A stretch of DNA of 64,000 bases from an uncultured Chlamydiae bacterium (lineage in GTDB: Bacteria; Chlamydiota; Chlamydiia; Chlamydiales; SM23-39): positions 192,001 to 256,000 of the forward strand of contig CAVSSM010000001.1 in NCBI GenBank assembly GCA_963730605.1, written 5' to 3'. Below the pieces are notes generated by a model. It worked only from the letters and a program-made list of their open reading frames with translations. It was not told where the DNA came from and did no database searches. Within the stretch, counting starts at the first letter, position 1, and every line of letters starts with the position of its first letter. Made by a program: the position numbers and the translations under genes. Below, piece after piece: positions 31,010 through 41,410 of this stretch.

Positions 31010-31259
31010 TAGCTTCCCATCCCATCGTTCACAGGCCCTCCCACCAAGCGATTGGGCTTGGAAGCTTTTTAGTACGCCATGGATTTGGGCTCCTCCAATC
31101 GACTCTAAATGAAGGGACTCTGAGGCGCAAAAATCGGTCTTTACTGCAAAAATGGGACTATCGGCCCTCCTTGGGCTTTTTATCGCTTACGAATTGACTC
31201 GCATCCCCTTGACGGCGCTATCTCTGACCTACGCTTTAATTTCCAAAGTTCGGGAATAC

Positions 31260-32205
31260 TTACCCTAAAAATGAATCGGTCGCCTGGATTAAAGCATCGG
31301 TGACGCCCGGCTCGCTGGCCGCGTGTCCCGCGTCTTTCACGACAACGAATTCGGCCTTTGGCCAGGCTTTATGCAGCTCCCAGGCGCTCTCGAAAGGGCA
31401 GACGATGTCGTAGCGCCCTTGAATGATGACTCCCGGGATTTGAGACAAAGCGCCCGCATGTTCGAGGATCCACTGATCCGTCTTGAAAAAACCCTGGTTG
31501 ATGAAATAATGGCACTCGATCCGGGCGAGCGCGTCGGCATGCTCGTCTTCGGTGAATTGCTGATAGAGCAGAGGATCGAAGATGAGCTTTAAAGCCGCCC
31601 CTTCCCATGAGGCCCATGCGAAGGCCGCTCGTTTTCGCACCGCGGGATCGGGAGAAACGAGCCGCTTATAATAGGCGGCGACAAGATCTCCTCTCTCTTC
31701 TTCTGGGATCGGATCGAGGTATTTTTCCCATTTGTCCGTAAAAATGCGATCCGCTCCAGACTGGTAAAACCAGTCAATCTCTTTTTTCCGGACAAGAAAA
31801 ATGCCCCGCACAATCAACCCCAAGACTCTGTCAGGATGCGTTTCAGAATAAGTCAGGGCGAGCGTGCTGCCCCAAGAGCCGCCGAAGACGACCCAGCGGT
31901 CGATATGTAATTGGATACGTAAGTGCTCGATATCGGCGACAAGATGCCAGGTCGTATTTTTTTCAAGGCTCGCGTAAGGGCGGCTTTTTCCCGCCCCCCT
32001 CTGATCCATCAAAATGATCCGGTAGCCATCAGGATTGAAATAACAGCGGTGGCTGGGCTCGGTGCCCGATCCGGGGCCGCCGTGGAGGAAAATAACTGGC
32101 AACCCCTTAGGATTTCCCGACTCTTCCCAGTAAATGGAGTGTCCAGACCCGACCTCCAGAAACCCTGTCCGGTAGGGAACGATTGCCGGGATATCTCGTC
32201 CTCAT
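31260..32205 (-). CDS. pip: Prolyl aminopeptidase; one-base frameshift near codon 6
   Basis: LHGGPGSG, DQRGAGKS, GGSWGS, GRYDIVCP, AGH; removing one C near 32188 gives MRTRYPAIVPYRTGFLEVGSGHSIYWEESGNP. Confidence 0.9.
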
Positions 32206-33365
32206 GATTTTCTTGGGCGGTAGAGATATTCGGGCCTAACGATCGGCGTCCCTTTGCCGCCGCGCGCCTCCACCCGCTCATAAACGATCTGGATCGCGAT
32301 TCCGACCGAGCGGGAAAGTCCAAAAAGGATCGTGAAATAATCAGGGTAAGGGAAGCCGGCGGCGACGAGCATCGATCCTGTGATGGCGTCGATATTCGGA
32401 TAAGGATCGGAGATTTTCGGGTTTTCTTTCAAGACGCGGCTTCCTTCCGATCCGAGAAGGAGAGCGATCTTGACGAGGGGATGATTTGAAAAATGCTTTT
32501 GGCAATACGCATAGCAGAGGCGAGCGCGGGGGTCTTCCACTCGCAGCACTGCGTGGCCAAAACCAAAGACAAGTTCCTCGTTTTGCAATTTTTTCCGGAT
32601 GAGCTTCTCAATATCGGAAGCGGTAGCTTTTTCTCCTGCTTCCTTTAGGACTTTTTCGACGAATTCAAGGCAGTCTTGGTTCGCGCGGCCGTGCCTGGGC
32701 CCCGCAAGGGCCGTGATCGCAGCGGCAAGAGAGCCAAACATGTTCTCAAGCCCTGATGCGACGGCTTTGCCGACAAAGGTCGAGAGGTTGCCGCCGGAAT
32801 GATCGAAATGGAGGACGTTGAAAAGCTTCATCGTCTCGATCAGCTCAGGAGTTTTTTTGCCCGGCATCTTGAGCATCTGGACGAAATTTTCCATATAGCC
32901 TAATTCCGGATGCGAGGCAGGCGTATCGCCCCATCCGGCCCGATGGTTGATGACCGCTGCTGCGATTTGGGGGAGTTTCGCGATCGCGTTTAGACAATCT
33001 TGCCGGTAATCGCCCGTCCCTTCGCACATCCCGGCAATGAGAAGCGCGGCGGCGAAACTGTCCATGGGATGGCCCGCCCGGGGCAAAGATGCGATATGCC
33101 GGAGAGTATCGGGTTTGCAAGCGGCCCGCTTGGCTAAATCGGCCTGAAATTGCGCGATCTTCTCTTTCGTGCCCATCTCCCCGTGATAGAGGAGATAGAT
33201 AACCTCGATCGAATCACGCTTTGCCAGCTCGGCGATCGGGTGTCCCACGTAGGTCAGCCCTTTCATGGGATCCACGTCCGATGTCACGCAATATCCCACC
33301 GGCACCCCTCTTAATCCCGTATCCAGAGTCTCCTTCGTGATCTCGAAAAGAACGCCCTCGCGCAT
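32202..33365 (-). CDS. gltA: Citrate synthase
   Basis: DHSGGNLSTF, LAGPRHGRAN, GFGHAVLRVEDPR, PNID. Confidence 0.92.
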   Translation of the reverse strand: MREGVLFEITKETLDTGLRGVPVGYCVTSDVDPMKGLTYVGHPIAELAKRDSIEVIYLLYHGEMGTKEKIAQFQADLAKRAACKPDTLRHIASLPRAGHPMDSFAAALLIAGMCEGTGDYRQDCLNAIAKLPQIAAAVINHRAGWGDTPASHPELGYMENFVQMLKMPGKKTPELIETMKLFNVLHFDHSGGNLSTFVGKAVASGLENMFGSLAAAITALAGPRHGRANQDCLEFVEKVLKEAGEKATASDIEKLIRKKLQNEELVFGFGHAVLRVEDPRARLCYAYCQKHFSNHPLVKIALLLGSEGSRVLKENPKISDPYPNIDAITGSMLVAAGFPYPDYFTILFGLSRSVGIAIQIVYERVEARGGKGTPIVRPEYLYRPRKS

Positions 33366-33368
33366 AGA

Positions 33369-34355
33369 CTACCTCTCAAGTAAATGAGAAACTAAATCCC
33401 GTTCCTCCATGAGTTCTTTTTGCGTCAGCCGCAGCTTTTCTTTCAAGAAAGGATCGAGGGCAAGGCCTGCCGCGATGGCCCAGTCCCCTTTTCCTTGGCT
33501 TTTGCACGGGAAAGAAAAAACGAGATCTTCCGGTATCCCGTAAGGGTTCCCAACGGATGGAACAGCGAGAGAAAACCATTGCCCAGGCAAAGTCGGGGTA
33601 AGAAGGGAGCGGATGGTGCCGACAATCGCGTTGGCCGCGGAGGCTGCAGAGGACTTGCCCCTGGCAGCGATCACTTCGGCTCCCCGCTTCTGGATTTTCT
33701 GGACAAATTCCCCTTCCAGCCACTTCCGATCGTGGATCGCATCAATGGCAGGACGGCCTCGGATTTTCGCATTCAAGAAATCGGGCACCTGAGTGGAAGA
33801 GTGGTTGCCCCAGATCGTCACGTTTGTCACTTCTTCAACGGAAACGTTGGCTTTAGACGCCAATTGAAAAACGGCCCGGTTTTGATCGAGCCTCGTCATC
33901 GCGAAAAAGTTTTTCCTCGGCAAAGCGGGCGCATGGTGCATGGCGATCAAGCAATTGGTATTGCAGGGATTGCCTACGACAAAAACGAGAACGTCTTTCG
34001 ATGCGACTTTGTTCAAGGCGCTCCCCTGGCCGACGAAAATCTTTCCATTGTCCGCCAAAAGGTCTTTCCTCTCCATGCCAGGACCCCGAGGTTTGGCTCC
34101 GACCAAGAGGGCGTAATGGACCCCGCCGAACGCCTCTTCTGGGTCGGTGCAGATCTTGACCTCTTTGAGAAGAGGAAAAACGCAGTCGTTCAGCTCCATC
34201 TCAACGCCTCTCAACGTCGTTGCAGCCTCGGGAACATCCAAAAGATGAAGAGCGATAGGGGCGTTTGGGCCCAACAATTCCCCGGCCGCGATGCGGAAGA
34301 TCAAACTATAGGCGATCTGTCCGGCGGCGCCCGTCACCGCTACTCGTTTTAGCAT
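33369..34355 (-). CDS. mdh: Malate dehydrogenase
   Basis: [42 protein letters not shown]. Confidence 0.95.
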   Translation of the reverse strand: MLKRVAVTGAAGQIAYSLIFRIAAGELLGPNAPIALHLLDVPEAATTLRGVEMELNDCVFPLLKEVKICTDPEEAFGGVHYALLVGAKPRGPGMERKDLLADNGKIFVGQGSALNKVASKDVLVFVVGNPCNTNCLIAMHHAPALPRKNFFAMTRLDQNRAVFQLASKANVSVEEVTNVTIWGNHSSTQVPDFLNAKIRGRPAIDAIHDRKWLEGEFVQKIQKRGAEVIAARGKSSAASAANAIVGTIRSLLTPTLPGQWFSLAVPSVGNPYGIPEDLVFSFPCKSQGKGDWAIAAGLALDPFLKEKLRLTQKELMEERDLVSHLLER

Positions 34356-35165
34356 CTATCCTCCGCAAAATTTGGCCATCAGGGGGCCCTTGCAAAGAGA
34401 AGCGAAGCCATTGACCGCGGCGCCGTGCGCGTCGCTTACCCAAGTTTCAAATCCTTGGGGGCTCATGGGAATATGTCCTTCCGCTGAAACCACTTGGATT
34501 TGAAAAATGTAGGCCTGTTTTCCATCCATTTGCCCCAAATGGGCGCTGATGCCGATGTTCCCGTTCGGCTTTTTGAGCGGGTAGCCCACGGTCACATTCA
34601 CGGCGTTTGGCGGATCGACGATCTGTTTCGTGAGAAATAGATCGGGATCGAGATCCACTTTTATGTGCAGCTTGTCGGCAAGGAAAGCAAGGGGGTTTTC
34701 TTTTTCTCCCAAACGGATCCCGTTGAGGAAACGGATTTCGCATTTTGTAAATTGCAGAGGCGTTTCCGCCGTTGGGAAAAGATGAGAAACCGCTTCGGCC
34801 AAATGCAAAATATGCCCCTTGAAAGCGGTCCATGAATAGCCTTGGGCGTAATTGGCTGTCGCAATGCCCGGCCCGATCTGGATGAGGGGATAGCCATTTT
34901 TTTCTTTGCGGATCCGATGGCGCACGACATAGGGGCTCGCTTCCGGATGGACATTCACTGCGGGCAAATCCTCGATATGGGGGAAATCTTTTTTCAGCCT
35001 TTCGTAAATGCGCCCATACATCATCGGATAAGAAGGGTCGAAGAGACGCCCCGTTTGCTTATCTTCCTGCAATTTCCAATGGAGCTCGAAGATGGACTCA
35101 ATGAGCGGCGGATAGAGTAAAGGAGGGATTTTTTCCTTTTGTTTCACAGCGGGCAAAATAGGCAT
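34356..35165 (-). CDS. TIGR04255-like protein
   Basis: PPLIESIFELHW, YPLIQIGPGI..N...Y.W..F, IRFLN. Confidence 0.65.
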   Translation of the reverse strand: MPILPAVKQKEKIPPLLYPPLIESIFELHWKLQEDKQTGRLFDPSYPMMYGRIYERLKKDFPHIEDLPAVNVHPEASPYVVRHRIRKEKNGYPLIQIGPGIATANYAQGYSWTAFKGHILHLAEAVSHLFPTAETPLQFTKCEIRFLNGIRLGEKENPLAFLADKLHIKVDLDPDLFLTKQIVDPPNAVNVTVGYPLKKPNGNIGISAHLGQMDGKQAYIFQIQVVSAEGHIPMSPQGFETWVSDAHGAAVNGFASLCKGPLMAKFCGG

Positions 35166-35241
35166 AAAAAAGACACCTTGAATATGTTGAAACTCGAACT
35201 TATACCACGAGGCAAATTTTTAAACCAAGAGAGAGCACACA

Positions 35242-36369
35242 CTAGATCCGGCAGCAAGAGATATCGTCTCGGAACTTTTTCATCCTCTCCACCATGACAT
35301 GCAAATTGTGGACGGTTGCTAAAATGTGCGCGGTCGCTTCTTTGGCCTTGAATAAGTGGTGGAGATAAGCGAGGGAAAAATGTGTGCAAGTCCAACAGGT
35401 GCAGTCCTTTTCGATTGGGCCGAAGTAGTTGGCGTTGCTTGCCTGTTCGGCCTTCAATTTCCTTTCCCGAGTGAGCAAGAGGCCGTGGCGCGCCGCGCGG
35501 GTCGGATAGGAACTGTCGAACGTGTCGATCCCAAGCGGGACGCACATTTCCAAAGACTCGAGATCTCCAATCCCAAGAAGATGGTTCGGCTTTTCTTCGG
35601 GGGTTTGCGGCAAGACGGCAGCGAGCATTTGGAGCATCTCGGGCTTGGTCTTTCCTAAAGAGCCGCCGATCGCATAGCCATCGAAGGGCAGGCGGGAAAG
35701 AGTGGCGCAGCTCTCCATTCGCAAATCAGGGTCGATCCCGCCGTGGATCACCGCATAAATGGCCTGTCCTTGAGGATTTTTCAGATGCTCTTCCAAAGAC
35801 CGCTTCTCCCAGCGGTGAGTCCTCGCTAGAGAGAGCTTTAGTTTTTCCGGCCCGATGTGATACGGAGGCAGCTCATCGAGAGGGATGATGATATCGGCGC
35901 CGAACGCCTTTTGGGCTGCGATCGTGCTTTCAGGAGTCAGCATAACAGGCGCTCCATCTCGGTAGGAGCGGAAAAGAACGCCCTCTTCATCGATTTTCAG
36001 CACATGTCCGCCCTGCTTTTTTTTCCCTTGGCTTTTCAATTCATCGGCAATTGAGCCGTAAGAGAGGGAAAAAACCTGAAAACCGCCCGAGTCGGTGATG
36101 ATCGGCATCGTCCTGTTGATAAACCGGTGAAGCCCCCCTGCGTGCCGCACCGTCTCGGGGCCTGGCTGAAGGAGAAGATGATAGGTGTTGCAGAACATGA
36201 GTTGCAGGCCGATCGAATCGACCATCCTGTTATCGAGGGCTTTGAGAGTCCCATTCGTTCCGACCGCGACGAAATTCGGCGTGTCGATGACGCCGTGAGA
36301 CGTGTGGATCCGCCCGATGCGGGCGCGCGATTTTGAGGAGCGGTGGAGGATCTCGAAGCGAAAGCTCAT
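35242..36369 (-). CDS. tgt: tRNA-guanine transglycosylase
   Basis: TDSGGFQVFSL, NHLLGIG, GIDTFDS, CTCWTC...YLHHL; start MSFRFEIL at 36369. Confidence 0.93.
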   Translation of the reverse strand: MSFRFEILHRSSKSRARIGRIHTSHGVIDTPNFVAVGTNGTLKALDNRMVDSIGLQLMFCNTYHLLLQPGPETVRHAGGLHRFINRTMPIITDSGGFQVFSLSYGSIADELKSQGKKKQGGHVLKIDEEGVLFRSYRDGAPVMLTPESTIAAQKAFGADIIIPLDELPPYHIGPEKLKLSLARTHRWEKRSLEEHLKNPQGQAIYAVIHGGIDPDLRMESCATLSRLPFDGYAIGGSLGKTKPEMLQMLAAVLPQTPEEKPNHLLGIGDLESLEMCVPLGIDTFDSSYPTRAARHGLLLTRERKLKAEQASNANYFGPIEKDCTCWTCTHFSLAYLHHLFKAKEATAHILATVHNLHVMVERMKKFRDDISCCRI

Positions 36370-37041
36370 GCGGCATCTCTTCGCACTATAAAGGGCTTTG
36401 AGAGGGCGGCAAGAGGGGCGCTGCATCCAATGACGAGGCATTTTACAGCGAAGCTGACGAGGATGACATCGAAAAGAGCTGCGACGATCCCATAGAGGCC
36501 TGCAAAACTGAAAAGGACGGTATCGATCCCTTGGGAAAAGGAGGAGGGTCGCCCCCATCCTAAGCGCGAGATGGCGGCCGCCGAGCTTACGCTTAAGATA
36601 GCCGAAAAACAGCAAATCGATCTTCTGCACAAGGAAAAAGACGGCAATCGACGCGAAAACGATGCGGGGTGTCGCAGTAAGGACTCTAGCAAATGCGGGA
36701 TGCGCCACGTCTTGCGGCGACGGCGCATACCAAAGATGGATTTGGGAGACCAAAACAAAAAAGACCATGGAAAAGAAGGAGATCGCAATGGTTTTTTTAG
36801 CAGCCCCGAAACCGAAATGCTCCTGCATCAGGTTCAGCCCTACAATGCACCCTACCGCGAAAACGTCGCTGCAAGTCACGGTAAGCCCAAAAAGCTCCAT
36901 CTGCTTGACGACAAATAGGTTGGCCAAGACACCCTGCAAAGAGACGAGAGCGGCCAAGGCGCTCTGACCGATCCGGGCGGCGCCGATCGTAAACCCGATG
37001 ACAATCAAAACTTGAGTTAAGAAAAATATTTCATTCGACAT
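36366..37041 (-). CDS. yhhQ: Queuosine precursor transporter (YhhQ/VUT family); frameshift near 36535
   Basis: ANLFVVKQ, TPRIVFAS..FFLVQKID, SQGIDTVLFSF; ATGA overlap with tgt. Confidence 0.82.
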
Positions 37042-37111
37042 GTAGGGCGCCTATTTTACATTACCACCCCTTTCTTGACCAAATGCGCCTCTCTTGGTAT
37101 CCTGCAAGGCC

Positions 37112-38063
37112 ATGTCGATTTTCATCCTCATTTCTACGTTCGCTATCTGGTCTAGCGTATTTTCTCTTGGAAAAATGGCCCTCGAGGTCTCCCCTCCCCT
37201 TTTTCTGACCGCTTCTAGAATGGTGATCGCCGCTTGCCTGATCCTCGGATATCTCGCACTGAAGAACCGCAACGCCTTCAAGATCACAGGCAAGCAGCTT
37301 GCATCCGTCGGCGTCCTTGCGGTTTTTAGTATTTATTTAACGAATGCCTTTGAATTTTGGGGCCTCAAGCACATGACGGCGGCCAAGACCTGCTTTTTCT
37401 ATAGCTTCACCCCGTTTTTTTCAGCCCTCCTGTCCTACCTCCACTTCGACGAGAAAATGAATGGAAAAAAGTGGCTGGGGATGGCCATAGGCTTTGCAGG
37501 GTTCATCCCCGTTTTGGCCGCTCAAAAAGGGCTCCGAGGAGCTCCTCTCCAGCTTGACCTTCCTCTCCTGGCCGGAACTGGCCGTCATCGGAGCCTCAGT
37601 CTGTTCGGCCTATGGCTGGATTTTGCTGCGCCTTCTTGTGAAAAACCAATCGATTCCGATTCTGATGGTCAATGGGTTGAGCATGTTGATGGGTGGCCTT
37701 TTGGCCCTGGTCCATTCTTTCCTTGTCGATACTTGGGCCCCTCTTCCGGTCGCAAAAGAAAATTTAGGCTCCTTTTCTCAGGGCCTTTTCATAATCATCT
37801 TTATTTCGAACATCCTCTGCTATAACCTTTACGGCCTTCTATTGAAGAGGTTTACCGCTACATTCCTCTCCTTCATGGGCCTCCTATTCCCCATTTTCGC
37901 CTCTTTCAACAGTTGGCTGTTCCTCGGGGAGCCGTTTTCGCCCACGATCCTCTTTTCCACCGGAATCGTCTCGATCGGCCTTTGGCTGTTCTACAGCGCA
38001 GAATTGCGCCAGGGTTATACTCAAAACGTGAAAATCCCAAAAGACTCAAAGATCAGCCTTTGA
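37112..38063 (+). CDS. EamA/DMT family transporter; frameshift near 37530
   Basis: Two EamA-like halves in adjacent frames: PLFLTASRM, PFFSALLSYLHFDEK, WLFLGEPFS. Confidence 0.82.
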
Positions 38064-38099
38064 GTCTTTTTGCGGGCATCCAATACGGAGAAGAAACTG

Positions 38100-38303
38100 T
38101 TAGTGTTCGGTTCTGGCCCAGACAAGAATGCGATAGACAGCGGCCACACCGGCCAAAGAATAGATCGTTCTTGTAAATACTGAGGTATAACCGAAGATGT
38201 TAGCGATGAAATTCCATTCAAAAATCCCGATCAACCCCCAATTGAGGCCGCCGATCAATAGAAAAATCATAGCGATTGTTTGAACGACCTGAGCGTTTTT
38301 CAT
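38100..38303 (-). CDS. DUF378-like small membrane protein
   Basis: LLIGGLNWGLIGIF...TRTIYSLAGVAAVY; AGGAG SD. Confidence 0.85.
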   Translation of the reverse strand: MKNAQVVQTIAMIFLLIGGLNWGLIGIFEWNFIANIFGYTSVFTRTIYSLAGVAAVYRILVWARTEH

Positions 38304-38384
38304 AAATGAGCAACTCCTTCCTTTAAGAGCCTTTACTTAACTATTAGAAGGTATCCCCGTATTTTGTAAACAAAAAATTTAAAA

Positions 38385-38533
38385 ACGCGAGTTTCGGATA
38401 ACAAAGGCTGAGATGCAAAGGGATCGCTCTGCAGATTTTAAGCGGCCGCGCGAAGCCCATAGCGGAACGCCCCTCCAAAATCTGCCAGCGAAGATTTGCA
38501 GATCAGCTCTACTTTGTTATCCGAAACTCGTAT
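38385..38533. mobile_element. IS982-like MITE (149 bp)
   Basis: CGAGTTTCGGATAACAAAG / CTTTGTTATCCGAAACTCG; 5-bp TSD TAAAA. Confidence 0.8.
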
Positions 38534-38541
38534 TAAAAGGA

Positions 38542-40146
38542 TCAATCGGATGCAACGGCAACGTCGTGGCTTGGAAGGGGTTCCCTTTTCCTCCCTTTGC
38601 TCCAAAAGAAATACCCCAGAGCGCCCCCTAAACACAAGACATAGAGCCATCCCATGAGGATAAAGGCGTCATTGATCGCGAGCATGGAAGCCTGGACATC
38701 CAACGCTCGATTCAAGACCTCCAAAGCGGCGGGATCTTGCGCCTCTGGCGTGAAGGGATTGAAGGGCGTCAGGACTGAGCCCACCCTCTCGTGGTGGAAA
38801 ATCGACCTTCTCTCCCAGATCGTTGTGAATACCGAAGCGCCGATCGCGCCCGATTGAGCGCGGAAAAAATGGAAAATCCCCACAGAGCTCGAAAGGTCTT
38901 GGGGCCGGATGTCCTGGATGCTGATTTGGATAAGCGGAGTGATGTAGCAGATAAATCCGAGCCCCATGAGAAACCGCGAAAATCCAACGTGCTCGATATC
39001 GACTGAGGTCAAGAAAGTGGAAGTATAAAAAGCTGAAACGGCGAAGGCGAAAAAACCCAGGGTGAGAGTCAGGAGATTTCCGATTCTGCGGATCAGGGCT
39101 GGCGTCATGAAAGAAAAGAGCATCGGACCAATGCCAAGAGGGGCAACGGCGATCCCGGCCTTGATTGCATCATAGTCCATAAATTCCTGAAGCCAAAGAG
39201 GGACGATGACGATGGAGCCGAAATAGATCCCGTACGACACGATGATCAGCAGGTTCGCAAATGTGAAGGAAAAAATTTTCAGCAGTCTCACTTGGAAAAA
39301 AGGATAAGGGGTTTCGAGCTCCCGGATGATGAAAAAGACTGCCGCGACGATAAACGCGATGAACGAGGTCACGATCGCTCTCGAATTCCACCAATCCCAT
39401 TGCTGCCCTTTATCGAGAAAGATCTGAAAACACGTGACGGCCACGCAAAGGAGAAAAATTCCAAGGAGATCGCCGCGTACGGCTTCAATCTCGGATTCCC
39501 GGCCCCGCAAAAGCCACCATAGAGCAACAAAGCATCCGATCCCTATTGGGATATTGATATAGAAAATCCACGACCAACCGTACCAGTAGGCGATGTATCC
39601 GCCAACCAACGGGCCGAGGACGGGACCCATGATGACCGTTGAGCTCCAAAGAGATAAATCCCTGGATCGGCTCTCCGGCTTGCCCTCTTTGATGAGAATC
39701 GCTTGGCTCAAGGGGATCATCGGCCCTCCCACTAAACCCTGGATAAAGCGGGCGCTGACCAGCGTAAGGAGATTCGGCGAGAGGCCGCAGATCCAAGAAA
39801 AAAACGTGAATAGGGCGATCGAGAGGAGGAGGAGCCGTACCTGTCCGATTTGCCGGGTCAGCCAACCCGTCACCGCAAGCCCGATCGCATTGCCGATCGA
39901 AAAGAAGGTGATCACATAGATCCCTTCATCGACGCTGACCGACAACCCGCCTGCAATGTAAGGGATCGCGATGTTGGCAACCGAATAGTCGATGACGAGC
40001 AAAAGAGTGACGAGTGCGATGAAGAACAAAAAAAGGAAACGCTGCACTGAGGTAAAAGGGGGCGGATTAAGGTTCCTCGACTTTGTACAATTTTGTGACG
40101 GCATCTCCGAGAGAATCGCTGGCCCTTTTTTTCTTTTTTTGCTCAT
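38542..40146 (-). CDS. emrB: DHA2-family MFS efflux permease (EmrB-like); first about 24 codons come from MITE-A
   Basis: IDYSVANIAIP, RFIQG, GPVLGPLVGGYI, WSWIFYINIPIG, LDKGQQWDW. Confidence 0.88.
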   Translation of the reverse strand: MSKKRKKGPAILSEMPSQNCTKSRNLNPPPFTSVQRFLFLFFIALVTLLLVIDYSVANIAIPYIAGGLSVSVDEGIYVITFFSIGNAIGLAVTGWLTRQIGQVRLLLLSIALFTFFSWICGLSPNLLTLVSARFIQGLVGGPMIPLSQAILIKEGKPESRSRDLSLWSSTVIMGPVLGPLVGGYIAYWYGWSWIFYINIPIGIGCFVALWWLLRGRESEIEAVRGDLLGIFLLCVAVTCFQIFLDKGQQWDWWNSRAIVTSFIAFIVAAVFFIIRELETPYPFFQVRLLKIFSFTFANLLIIVSYGIYFGSIVIVPLWLQEFMDYDAIKAGIAVAPLGIGPMLFSFMTPALIRRIGNLLTLTLGFFAFAVSAFYTSTFLTSVDIEHVGFSRFLMGLGFICYITPLIQISIQDIRPQDLSSSVGIFHFFRAQSGAIGASVFTTIWERRSIFHHERVGSVLTPFNPFTPEAQDPAALEVLNRALDVQASMLAINDAFILMGWLYVLCLGGALGYFFWSKGRKREPLPSHDVAVASD

Positions 40147-40240
40147 AAATAGTGCCTTCGGCTATGAATTTCGCAAAAAAAGAAAAAAATTGCAGAGAGC
40201 TTCCTCTGGATCTGCTCGCCAAAAATTGTACAAAGTCGAG
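40076..40240. mobile_element. MITE-A copy 2 (165 bp, inverted relative to copy 1)
   Basis: Same TIRs; 5-bp TSD GGTTC overlapping the emrA stop / ancestral emrB start. Confidence 0.92.
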
Positions 40241-40243
40241 GGT

Positions 40244-41410
40244 TCATGTTTCGATTTCACAAGAGCAGTTTTGGGAAAGGATCTCTTGGATCATCTCCTC
40301 GACCCCATTAAGCTCATCCATGTAGACGTCCGTTTGATAAATCGGCCGGACGGGTTGAACCGCCTCGGGGAGCCTCCTTCCCGATCTCTCATGCGTGTCT
40401 ACCTTGACCGTCATAGATAGGCCAAGAACAAGCGGGTGCTCTTTGATCTCTTCGGCGTTCAAGTTGATTTTCACAGGAACTCTCTGGATAATCTTGATCC
40501 AATTGCCTGTCGCGTTCTGGGGAGGCAAGATAGAAAACACGCTTCCGGTTCCAGGATTTAGCCCTGCGATCCGCCCGTGGAAAACTGGATCATGGCCGTA
40601 CATATCGGCAACGAGCGACACCGGCTGGCCGATCCGGATATTTTTCAGCTCCACCTCGCGGAAATTCGCATCGACCCAAATTTCTTCAAGGGGAACAAGC
40701 GCCATCAAGGGCTCCGATGCTCCTACCCACTGCCCCACTTGCGCTTTTCTTTGAGTGATGATCCCCGATACCGGCGCCAGCACCTTGCACCTGTGAAGGG
40801 CCAAATAGGCTTGTAACACTTTGGCTTTGGCCATCTCGACTCTCGGATGGGTGAATGGCGTCGTATTCTGGATTTCGGCTACGGCCTCCGCCCATTCTTT
40901 TTGGGTCTCTTCCAATGCTGCCGTCGCTTGCATAAGGTCCGTTTCGCTATGCTCAAAATCTTCGCGGGAAACGCTTCCATCCGAAACGAGGTCCGCTCGA
41001 TGTTCGTAATCCAATCTTGCCCGAATCACCTGCGACTCGAAGACCCGGATCTTGGATTGGAGCTCTTCCGTTTTCAAAAACATCTGAACGACGTCGCGGA
41101 CCGCAGTCCCAAGTTCTGCCTTCGACCTCTCCAAGGCAATCTCAGAATCGTGCGGATTGAGCTCTACGAGAACGCTCCCTTTTTCGACTCTTTGCGCGTT
41201 GTCTGCCAAAACGGAGACGACGATCCCTTCTTCAAACGGCTTGACGATGATCATGTTCCCATTGACGTAGGCGTCATCGGTCGTTTCTCGAAACTGCCCC
41301 CAAATAAGCCAATAGCCAAGCCATCCAATTCCGATGAGAAGAAAAAAGAGAATGGTTCCGATCCAGATCTGCCGGTAATGATTTTTTTTCACTGGCTGAG
41401 GATCACTCAT
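40244..41410 (-). CDS. emrA: EmrA/HlyD-family periplasmic adaptor
   Basis: TDDAYVNGN, WVDANFRE, FSILPPQNATGNWIKIIQRVPVKI. Confidence 0.92.
   Translation of the reverse strand: MSDPQPVKKNHYRQIWIGTILFFLLIGIGWLGYWLIWGQFRETTDDAYVNGNMIIVKPFEEGIVVSVLADNAQRVEKGSVLVELNPHDSEIALERSKAELGTAVRDVVQMFLKTEELQSKIRVFESQVIRARLDYEHRADLVSDGSVSREDFEHSETDLMQATAALEETQKEWAEAVAEIQNTTPFTHPRVEMAKAKVLQAYLALHRCKVLAPVSGIITQRKAQVGQWVGASEPLMALVPLEEIWVDANFREVELKNIRIGQPVSLVADMYGHDPVFHGRIAGLNPGTGSVFSILPPQNATGNWIKIIQRVPVKINLNAEEIKEHPLVLGLSMTVKVDTHERSGRRLPEAVQPVRPIYQTDVYMDELNGVEEMIQEILSQNCSCEIET

Noticed and set aside
33420..34352. Long antisense ORFs over mdh, hflX, gnd and the DUF3638 gene
   Set aside because: Shadow frames of well-supported genes on the other strand.
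35242..37041. Apparent 599-aa YhhQ-TGT fusion ORF
   Set aside because: A one-base shift near 36535 moves the YhhQ C-terminus to another frame; the true genes overlap by ATGA at 36366-36369.
31260..38063. Programmed frameshifting or phase variation in pip, yhhQ and EamA
   Set aside because: Single-base indels in short homopolymers occur throughout core genes; sequencing error is simpler.
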